DNA from: a virus
IMG/VR virus record: IMGVR_UViG_3300025519_000001
Location: 32,001-96,000 of that record
Length of the DNA: 64,000 nucleotides
Reading direction: 5' to 3' (one strand)
In this document: positions 42,778 to 51,429 of the stretch, one piece after another
How positions within the stretch are numbered: the stretch's first letter is position 1
Layout: each line of letters starts with the position of its first letter
Translations under genes and position numbers: made by a program
Notes under the pieces: generated by a model
The model's input: only the letters and a program-made list of their open reading frames with translations
The model's database searches: none
What the model was told of the DNA's origin: nothing

Positions 42778-43250
42778 AAAATACTAGATTAAGTCTTGTT
42801 ATGAAATTAGCTAAAGATATTACTTCGGCTCTGATTGAGCGATTCCCCCTAGAGTATGAAAAAGAAAATATTAAAATAAAAAATATTAAAGATAAAGATT
42901 TGGTTAAACGAATTAAAAAGAAAGGGTTAAGCGTAGAGTTGATCACAAAATAAAACATGAAAGATGCATTTCATTAAATGATGTGATGAAGCTTGAGAAT
43001 AAAAGTTATTGTTACAATTGAACTATTAAAATAAAAAATATCAAGATAATTCGAGAGGAGTATAAACAAAATGGATAAATACTCTCACTTAGACAAGGAA
43101 TATCTCGAATACTTAAAGGAGGGCTACTCTCAAAGATACATAGATCCAGACGATCCTTGGTTTACGGACTATGAACTTGAAGATAAGTACCTAGACGGAT
43201 ATGGCTTTGAAAATAAAAATAAAATAATACATAAAGGAGAGTAAAATAAA

Positions 43251-43645
43251 ATGGATTTGGGGTTAAAAAAGGCGGAAGACACGAACGCTGGATTTCGTTT
43301 GCCCTAAAAAAAGCAAAATACAGTAAAGTTCCACACTACAAACACTGTGCTGTTGTAATCAAGGGTGGAAGGCCAATTAGTATAGGAATTAATAAAACAA
43401 AAGCGGGATGTCTGGGAGATCCAATTTATTCTTTCCGCCAATGGCACAGTGAATTTGATGCCCTTTGTAACCTTGATGAGTCTCAAATTAAAAATGCTAT
43501 CTTGTATGTCGCAGGATGGACAAAGGGAGGTAATATTGCAAAATCCAAGCCATGCCCTCATTGTCAGGAGTATTTAAAAAAATTACCGTTAAAATCTATC
43601 GTATATTCAATGCCAGATGGAAGCTATGAAGAAATGGTTATATAA
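43251..43645 (+). CDS. cytidine/dCMP deaminase-family protein requiring a -1 frameshift (or frameshifted pseudogene)
   Basis: HSE (WHSEFDA) and PCxxC (KPCPHC) in the -1 frame relative to ATG 43251; A AAA AAG at 43265-43271. Confidence 0.7.
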
Positions 43646-44369
43646 ATATTTTGGGGTGAAATTCATGAACGACAAAAAAAGACTAGAGTCAATTATTAAA
43701 GCAATAGACGCAATTGGTAAAGATACACTTATTCCAAGACAACATGAACAATTATTTGGAATCCTATTAGCGCAACATATGATTTCCAATGGCTTTCCCG
43801 AAGAAGTTGTTGATCCTGACTTGCTAATGTTATCTATTCGTGATGCTTATCATGAATATAATTGGATAAAAGAAAAGATTAAAAACCCAACAATTGAGAA
43901 TGTATTTACTCCAAAATACATTGAAGAATTAAAGAAAAAAGGTTGGATTTATGAACCAAATAAAGATTGAGTGGATTATTCCTACGAAATTGCGATTTTA
44001 TTGGAGGTGTTTAAAGTGAATTTGTGGTTTACAGCAAATGATTATTATGGTCAAGAAGTCAATTTTACATTTGATGATATTAATTGTGTATATAAAAACG
44101 ACGGAATTATGTATGTTGGAAATCCAATTCCTATTCCAATTTTGATGAATACAATAAAATTAAAAAATTATGAAGCAAATAAATTAAATGAATTCACTTT
44201 TCGTTTTTATGATGGAGTCAACTATAAACAAGGAGTATGCAAAAATATAGTTGCAGTTGATTTACTACAGGCTAAAGACTTTGCATATCAAATTGTTGAA
44301 TTATTAGGTTCGTTGAATAGTAGTGATTGGGACAAAGATACAATTCGATATGAATATATAAGCCAATGA
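43617..44369 (+). CDS. two hypothetical genes (~43665-43970; 43971-44369)
   Basis: ORF track. Confidence 0.5.
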
Positions 44370-44406
44370 AATCATCATTTCATAAGAAAGAGAGGAAGCA
44401 TTTTAT

Positions 44407-46593
44407 ATGAGGTTGCTTGTTGTAACAAGAGGGGCAATGGGAGCAGGAAAATCTACTTGGATTAAAAATGCTGGTCTTGAACAATATACAATATCTCCAG
44501 ACCAAATTAGACTAATGATTCAAACTCCCGTAATGAATGAGACTGGTGGATTTTCAATTAGTGTAAAAAATGAAAAACGTGTATGGAATCTCTTATTTGA
44601 AGTATTAGAAGATCGTATGAAACGTGGAGAGTTTACTGTTATCGATGCAACCCACTCAAAAACTGAAGACTTTAAGAAATATAAAAAATTACTTGAGAAA
44701 TATCGTTACAGAATGATATGCGTTGATTTTACTGATGTTCCAATTGAAAAAGCAAAAGAACAAAATAGAAATAGAGAAAGTTATAAATTTGTTCCCGAAG
44801 ATCGTATTGATAATTTGTATGAAAGATTTAAAACACAAGAAGTACCTAATTGGGTCAAAGTTATCAAACCAAGCGAGTATGAAGAAGCAGTAAAATATAC
44901 CCCAAGAGATTTATCTTCATATAAAAAAATACATCACATCGGAGATATTCATGGTTGCTACGAGCCACTTCTTGAATATTTTAAAAGTGGACTTAAAGAT
45001 GATGAATTTTACATTTTCACAGGAGATTACATTGATAGAGGCATCCAAAACGCAGAAGTATTGAATTGGTTATTCTCTATTAAAGATAGGGATAATGTAA
45101 TTCTACTTGAAGGCAATCATGAAAAATGGTTATGGTATTGGGCCAACGAAGAACAAGAAAATATTCGAAGCCGAGAATTTAAAAATATTACACAAAAAGA
45201 ACTTGAACAAAAAGGAGTTGATAAAAAAGAAACTAGACAACTATATAGAAAACTACATCAAATTGTTTACTATACATACGGAAATAAGCAAGTTATTGTA
45301 ACTCATGGTGGCATTACAACAATGCCTGAAAACTTACTTTATATTGCGACCAACCAATTTATTGATGGTGTAGGAAGTTATGAATTAGATGTTGACAGAG
45401 TTTTCTTTGACAATACAGGCGATAATATTTTTCAAATTCATGGTCATAGAAACATTCAAAGGTTTCCAGTTCAAGTTAATGAAAGATGTTTTAACCTTGA
45501 AGGACAGATTGAACATGGAGAATATCTTAGAATTGTTACCCTAGATGAAGATGGATTTAAAACAAATGAGATTAAAAACAATGTATTCTCTAATCGCTTT
45601 ACAGCCGTTAATGAAAGTAATTCAACAAACGAAGCTATTTTAAAATTAAAAAATGATAAAACAATTATCGAGAAAAATCTTGGAGATGGAATTGTTTCAT
45701 TTAATTTTTCTTCCAATACTTTCAAGAAAGGAAAATGGAACAAAAACAACTTACAAGCTCGTGGCTTATTCGTAAATCTTGATACAGAAGAAATCGTGGC
45801 AAGAAGTTATAATAAATTTTTTAATGTTAATGAACGATATGAAACTAAAATAGATACACTAGGAAGAAATCTAAAATACCCTGTTGACATTTATCTAAAA
45901 GAAAATGGTTTTCTTGGTTTGGTAGGATATAACTCAGTAAATGATGAAGTTGTATTTTGTTCTAAATCTACAACAAAAAGCGATTTTGCGGGCTGGTTAA
46001 AAGAAATCTTCATTGATTCAATCACATTCAACAATATTGATCTTGATACAATTAAAACATATTTAAAAGATAATAATTGTACTTTGGTTTTTGAAGTAAT
46101 TGACCCTCAAAACGATCCTCATATTATTGAGTATCAGAATAGAGAAATTGTTCTACTTGATATTGTGAAAAGGACATTTGATTTTCAAAAAGAACCATAT
46201 GAAACTGTTCAGAATATAGCACAACAATTTGGCTTTAAATGCAAAGAAAAAGTTACTTCTTTTACTAACTGGAATGAATTTTACAACTGGTACACAAATA
46301 TTAAAGAAAATAAAAAATTGAAAATTGAGGGGTATGTTCTAGAAGATGCTTCTGGATTTATGACAAAAATTAAACTCCCCTATTATGGTTTTTGGAAACA
46401 TATGAGAAAGATCAAAGAAATTCTATCAAAGAAAAATCCAGTGTTCGACAAAAAAATTCTTTTTAGTAAATCAATGAATGAAGTGTATAATTGGATGATT
46501 ACTAAAGATAAAGATTATCTTCAAAAATCAAGTATTATTCAATTAAGAAATGATTTTTACAAAGAAGTTAAAAATCCTGATTTTGAATATTGA
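44407..46593 (+). CDS. trifunctional RNA repair enzyme: polynucleotide kinase + metallophosphoesterase + Rnl1-type RNA ligase
   Basis: GAMGAGKST; GDIHG/GDYIDRG/GNHE; ligase motif I KENG, YNKFFN, EGYV, KIK. Confidence 0.85.
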   Translation: MRLLVVTRGAMGAGKSTWIKNAGLEQYTISPDQIRLMIQTPVMNETGGFSISVKNEKRVWNLLFEVLEDRMKRGEFTVIDATHSKTEDFKKYKKLLEKYRYRMICVDFTDVPIEKAKEQNRNRESYKFVPEDRIDNLYERFKTQEVPNWVKVIKPSEYEEAVKYTPRDLSSYKKIHHIGDIHGCYEPLLEYFKSGLKDDEFYIFTGDYIDRGIQNAEVLNWLFSIKDRDNVILLEGNHEKWLWYWANEEQENIRSREFKNITQKELEQKGVDKKETRQLYRKLHQIVYYTYGNKQVIVTHGGITTMPENLLYIATNQFIDGVGSYELDVDRVFFDNTGDNIFQIHGHRNIQRFPVQVNERCFNLEGQIEHGEYLRIVTLDEDGFKTNEIKNNVFSNRFTAVNESNSTNEAILKLKNDKTIIEKNLGDGIVSFNFSSNTFKKGKWNKNNLQARGLFVNLDTEEIVARSYNKFFNVNERYETKIDTLGRNLKYPVDIYLKENGFLGLVGYNSVNDEVVFCSKSTTKSDFAGWLKEIFIDSITFNNIDLDTIKTYLKDNNCTLVFEVIDPQNDPHIIEYQNREIVLLDIVKRTFDFQKEPYETVQNIAQQFGFKCKEKVTSFTNWNEFYNWYTNIKENKKLKIEGYVLEDASGFMTKIKLPYYGFWKHMRKIKEILSKKNPVFDKKILFSKSMNEVYNWMITKDKDYLQKSSIIQLRNDFYKEVKNPDFEY

Positions 46594-46725
46594 TATCATA
46601 ATGAAGTTGAAAGGATAAAAAAATAAAATATATGGATATTATTATGGAATTATGTGCTTAAAAATATTGTTTACTGCGAAAAAGTAGATACAGGCAGACT
46701 TTTAATGGAGGTGTAAAGATCTACA

Positions 46726-47112
46726 TTGAATCACAAAACAAAGGGAACGCATATTATTGCGGATTTGTATGGTATTAAAAAAGAACTTCTCGACGATATA
46801 TCGCTTCTTTCGTTATTAGGGAGAACAGCAATTGCAATCTCAGGAGCAAAATTAGTTGATTGGACATTTAAAAAATTTCAGCCTAGCGGGGTTACGCTTC
46901 TCTTTCTTTTAGAAGAATCGCATTTATCATTTCATACATATCCAGATAGCGAACCAGAAAATTCTACAGGTTTTCTTGCCTTAGATATATATTGCTGTGG
47001 TGATGCCGATCCCAATGTTGCTGTTGATTTTATTATTGACAACCTTAAACCAGACCCAAGTAGAGTATATCGGCAGATGTTTATTAGGGGCGTTGAACAA
47101 GTAAGGAGGTAA
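46726..47112 (+). CDS. speD: S-adenosylmethionine decarboxylase proenzyme
   Basis: GVT...LEESHLSFHTYP self-cleavage motif, DIYCCG. Confidence 0.88.
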   Translation: MNHKTKGTHIIADLYGIKKELLDDISLLSLLGRTAIAISGAKLVDWTFKKFQPSGVTLLFLLEESHLSFHTYPDSEPENSTGFLALDIYCCGDADPNVAVDFIIDNLKPDPSRVYRQMFIRGVEQVRR

Positions 47113-47117
47113 TAAAA

Positions 47118-50100
47118 ATAGGACGCTTTTCAAGTTTGCATAATCACAGCTATTATTCACTTCTCGATGCCGTAATGTCACCAGAAGAATTAGTTAAACA
47201 AGCTTATGATCTAGGCTTTAATGCTATCGCCTTGACGGAACATGGAAACATGCATAGCTTCATCGAAGGCTATAAAGCAGCACAAAAATTAGGAATAAAA
47301 TTTATTCCCGGTTGCGAAGTATACGAAACAACCGATATGGACTACAAAGAGAAGGATGCTGACCGCTACCATCTTATTCTTCTTGCAAAATCAGAAAAAG
47401 GTTTAAAAAATCTTTTTCAAATTGTTACCGCAGGAGCAACAAGGGGATTCTATGGAAAACCACGAGTAGACTTAAATTTGATGAGTCAGTATTCAGAAGA
47501 TATTATTTGTATGACGGCCTGCCTCGGGAGCAGAATTGACCGTTTACTTTATGGTGGACGATGCTCATGTTGTAATGACAATCACGATAAAGAATGTAAG
47601 AATTTTGAGCCAAAATGGGACTTAGCAAAAGAGTGGGTAAAAAAATACAAAGATGTTTTTGGAGGCAACTTTTATATTGAACTTCAATCACATGATACCG
47701 AAGCATCATATATTGCCAACCAGCGATTATTAAAATTAGCACAAGAAACAAATACAAAATATACGATCACATTTGATACGCATTTACGAGATGGATCTGA
47801 ATTACAAAAAGATATTCATCGTAAATTCATCCAAATCTCGCAAGATAGAGAAGTTGGAGAAACATATGAAGGATGTTGGCAAACAGACATTGAAACAATA
47901 CATAAAGTAATGGATAAACAAATTGGATATGATGCAGTTGAGCTTGGAATCGAGTATACAGATGAAGTTGCTGCTCAATGTAATGTTGAAATTAAATTAA
48001 AACAAGACTTGATGCCAAAAATCAAAATTCCTAAAGGGTTTAAAACTGAACAAGATTATCTTAAACATCTAATTCTTCAAGGTTGGAAAAAACGTGGAAT
48101 TGATAAATTCCCTCCAGAAAAGAAAAAAATTTATAAAGAGCGTATAGAGCGAGAATTTGAAGTTCTTGATTATTTGGGATATTGTAGTTATTTTATTATG
48201 CTTTATCAACTTATTAATAAAATGCGTGAGCGAAAAATTCCACTAGGATATAGTCGTGGTAGTGGAGGTAACTGTTTAACCTTATATGTTTTAGGTGTAA
48301 CGGAAGTTGATAGTATTAGATGGGGACTCGACTTTTCTCGTTTTGCCAACAAAGGACGCCGCGGTTCACCAGCCGACTACGACATAGATATCAGTCAGCT
48401 TCGCAGACAAGAAGCGTTAGAAATTGCAGCAGAACTCTTTGAGCAAGAAAGTATTGCTCAAGTGGCTACATTTAACTCAATGTCACCAAAAGTTTGCATT
48501 CGTGATTTGGGTAAAATTTTTGACGAAGAGGGGATTTATAAAATTCCATATGAGTTAAGAGATAAGATTGCAAAATTAATTCCAGATGACGCACAAGAGA
48601 AAATGACCATCGAAAGAGCCTTGGAAAAATCTGAAGAACTGCAATCTTATCAAAAAAAATTTCCATTACTATTCGAATATACAAAATACCTACAGAACTT
48701 GCCTAAGTCAGTAGGATGCCATGCTTCAGCAGTAATTATTGCACCAAGCCCTATCATTGAATTTGCACCTTTAATGCTAAATAAAAATGGAAACTTAATG
48801 ATGCAAATTGAAATGCATAATGCAATGGATGACATTGGGCTTGTTAAAATGGACTTTCTAGGACTTGTAACGGTTGACGTTGTAGATCAGGCATTAAAAC
48901 TTGCTGGCCTTGACTGGGACGATATTAGCTTATCGAAAATTAATCTTGATGACAAAAATGTGTTTGCAGAAATATATGCAAAAGGGAATACGCTTGGTGT
49001 TTTCCAAATGGAAGCTTATGTGGCACAAGAAATGTTCAAAAAAATGAATGCAGATACGATAGAAGATGTATTTGCTGTTAATGCAATGAATCGTCCTGCT
49101 ATTCTTTCTGTAGGAATGGATAAAGTATATATTCACAACAAGAAAAACCCTCAAGATGCAAAGTATATCCACGAAGATTTAAGGAATATTTTTGAACCAA
49201 CAAATGGAATTATGCTTTATCAAGAACAAGCCTTAAAAGTTTTCGCATTGGCTGGCTTTGACGAGAGTGAACAGGATAATGCGAGACGTGCTATTGGTAA
49301 AAAAATAAAAGAAGTAATGTTATCACTTTATGATAAATTTGAAAATGGTTTACTGAAAAGAAACTGGACAAAAGAACAAATTAAAGAATTGTGGGATTTG
49401 GTTGAAGCGCAAAGTACCTATTCTTTTAATTCGGGGCATAGTACAGCTTATGGTCTTCTATCATATGTTACTGCTTGGCTTAAATACTATTATCCTGTTG
49501 AATTTATGACAGCACTTTTAACTTCCGAAATCGGTAATTATCAACAAACATCAAAATACATTGCTGAATGTAAAAGAATGGGCATTAATGTTGTTGCACC
49601 TGATATTAATAAATCTGGTCGTTTATACACCATTCACGATGGAAAAATTATATTTGGATTAGAGTCACTTAAAGGTGTTGGAGAAAAAGCAGTTGAAGAA
49701 ATTCTTACAGAGAGAGAAAAGGGTAAGTTTACTTCATTAGAAAATTTTCTAGATCGTTGTAAGCTAGATTCTTCGACAGTAATTGCACTTATTAAATCTG
49801 GCTGCTTTGGCCCAAATAAAGATGAATTATTATTAGAATATGCCAAGAAAAATTTTTCATCAAGTGTATATAAGCCAGTAAGTTCTTTGCCATCAAAGAA
49901 AGTTTTGTATGAATTGAAAATTATTTCTTCTGATGAAGAATTTAAAAACAAAGAAGAATGTCTATCTAAATATAATCAATATAGGCAAAACAAATTCTTA
50001 GAAGAACAAAAACAAAAAGAAGAAAGATATTTGAATGAATTTAAAGAAAAGTATATGGATGCTCCAGAAATGTACGAATATGAAACTTTGTCCATCTTTA

Positions 50101-50426
50101 TCAATGGAAATCCATTTGAAAACGTAAAACATTATTTTAAACCATTTGATGATTATGAAGACGGAAAAGACTGTTATCCTATTGGAACAATTACGTCAGT
50201 TAAAAGAAAGAAGCAAAAGAATGGATTAACAATGGCTTATATCGAACTATTAACTCCTGACAAAATGATCGAAGGAATGGTATTTGCCAAACAATACGCA
50301 GAATATCAAGACATTCTTAAAAAAGGCTCTAATATCGTCGTAAAAGCAAAAAAGAGTGGAGAACAATTTATTGTAGACAAAATTAAAACACTAGAATACT
50401 GGAAAAATGAAAGAGGGATTAAGTGA
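47118..50426 (+). CDS. dnaE: DNA polymerase III alpha subunit (DnaE), probable ATA start
   Basis: PHP HNHSYYSLLD, SRGSGG, ADYDID, KMDFLGL, OB fold; AAGGAGGT 7 nt before ATA 47118. Confidence 0.95.
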   Translation: MGRFSSLHNHSYYSLLDAVMSPEELVKQAYDLGFNAIALTEHGNMHSFIEGYKAAQKLGIKFIPGCEVYETTDMDYKEKDADRYHLILLAKSEKGLKNLFQIVTAGATRGFYGKPRVDLNLMSQYSEDIICMTACLGSRIDRLLYGGRCSCCNDNHDKECKNFEPKWDLAKEWVKKYKDVFGGNFYIELQSHDTEASYIANQRLLKLAQETNTKYTITFDTHLRDGSELQKDIHRKFIQISQDREVGETYEGCWQTDIETIHKVMDKQIGYDAVELGIEYTDEVAAQCNVEIKLKQDLMPKIKIPKGFKTEQDYLKHLILQGWKKRGIDKFPPEKKKIYKERIEREFEVLDYLGYCSYFIMLYQLINKMRERKIPLGYSRGSGGNCLTLYVLGVTEVDSIRWGLDFSRFANKGRRGSPADYDIDISQLRRQEALEIAAELFEQESIAQVATFNSMSPKVCIRDLGKIFDEEGIYKIPYELRDKIAKLIPDDAQEKMTIERALEKSEELQSYQKKFPLLFEYTKYLQNLPKSVGCHASAVIIAPSPIIEFAPLMLNKNGNLMMQIEMHNAMDDIGLVKMDFLGLVTVDVVDQALKLAGLDWDDISLSKINLDDKNVFAEIYAKGNTLGVFQMEAYVAQEMFKKMNADTIEDVFAVNAMNRPAILSVGMDKVYIHNKKNPQDAKYIHEDLRNIFEPTNGIMLYQEQALKVFALAGFDESEQDNARRAIGKKIKEVMLSLYDKFENGLLKRNWTKEQIKELWDLVEAQSTYSFNSGHSTAYGLLSYVTAWLKYYYPVEFMTALLTSEIGNYQQTSKYIAECKRMGINVVAPDINKSGRLYTIHDGKIIFGLESLKGVGEKAVEEILTEREKGKFTSLENFLDRCKLDSSTVIALIKSGCFGPNKDELLLEYAKKNFSSSVYKPVSSLPSKKVLYELKIISSDEEFKNKEECLSKYNQYRQNKFLEEQKQKEERYLNEFKEKYMDAPEMYEYETLSIFINGNPFENVKHYFKPFDDYEDGKDCYPIGTITSVKRKKQKNGLTMAYIELLTPDKMIEGMVFAKQYAEYQDILKKGSNIVVKAKKSGEQFIVDKIKTLEYWKNERGIK

Positions 50427-50685
50427 ATGAACAAAAAACCATTGAAAAATAAGCGTATCTATCTCACCATCATGGACGAAAATGGCGATGAAATCACTCT
50501 TTCATTCAGATCAAAAAAATCCTTAAACGAGTATATCAATCAAAGTAATTATCCTGTAATAAAAATTGATAATAAACGCCCCAAACCTGATTTAGCACAT
50601 ATTTCAAAAAAGGAAATAGAAGGATTGGAAAAGTTAGTGGCTACTTTAAATCCTAATTATGATAAATAAAAAAAGGAGGATATAC

Positions 50686-51225
50686 TTGGCGAGTAAAGAC
50701 GGAAAGATATTTCAAGAAGATTTTCAAAACAGTTGTATAAAAGATGGATTATTTGAAGATCGAATAAAAGATGTTTACATACCACCAGAATTTAGAACAA
50801 AGATTCCGGTGGTGAAAAACAAGTATGATTTTTATATTTACTTAAAACCTAATCTTTTTCCTCTTGAATTAAAATCCGTTCAAGAAAATAGAATTAGCTT
50901 TTCAGAAAGTATAATTAAAAAACATCAAATCGAAGCACTAGAAGAAGCATCAAAGTATGATGGAGTAATTGCGGGATTCATCTTTAACTTTAGGTCATTT
51001 AATAATAAGACATACTTTGTACACATTAAAGATTTTCTTGAATATAAGCATGTAGCTGAGAATCAAATAAAAGAACATAAATATAAATCAAAGGTCAATA
51101 AAAGCAGTATTCCAATTGGCATCTGTGAAGAAATAGGTCTTGAAATTAAAAATAAGATACTAAAAACAAGATATCGATACGAAGTTAAAAATTTTGTATT
51201 GGAGGCTGCTAAGAGATATGGATGA
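50686..51225 (+). CDS. RecU-like Holliday junction resolvase
   Basis: GKIFQEDF, YDF, LELKS, IKKHQI. Confidence 0.75.
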   Translation: MASKDGKIFQEDFQNSCIKDGLFEDRIKDVYIPPEFRTKIPVVKNKYDFYIYLKPNLFPLELKSVQENRISFSESIIKKHQIEALEEASKYDGVIAGFIFNFRSFNNKTYFVHIKDFLEYKHVAENQIKEHKYKSKVNKSSIPIGICEEIGLEIKNKILKTRYRYEVKNFVLEAAKRYG

Positions 51226-51429
51226 GAAAGATTCTTCTAAAAATTATAAAAAGATAAAAATACATAACATAGAATATTTAAGAGAAATCGATCTAAAGTC
51301 ATTTTTATTTACATACATAATGAATGAACTAGATAAAATTAAAAATAAAAATTATTGATGAAAATAAAAATTAGCTATGGTATAATTATCCATAGCTTTT
51401 CCTTTTATTTCATGGAGGACTGATAAAAT

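Larger units (their letters stand above)
426..44383. repeat. dispersed 18-bp palindrome ATRAAA-N6-TTTYAT at gene junctions (~29 copies)
   Basis: Exact matches at 426, 4013, 6193, 8223, 9813, 13114, 17364, 17572, 18673, 23242, 24224, 24695, 25203, 31905, 40361, 42957, 44366; variants at 629, 10269, 11031, 11581, 11917, 12506, 14697, 14946, 15591, 17033, 30647, 39222. Confidence 0.85.

Noticed and set aside
32627-50426. Inteins or introns in nrdE, nrdF, thyA, dnaE
   Set aside because: Lengths and motifs are continuous and normal
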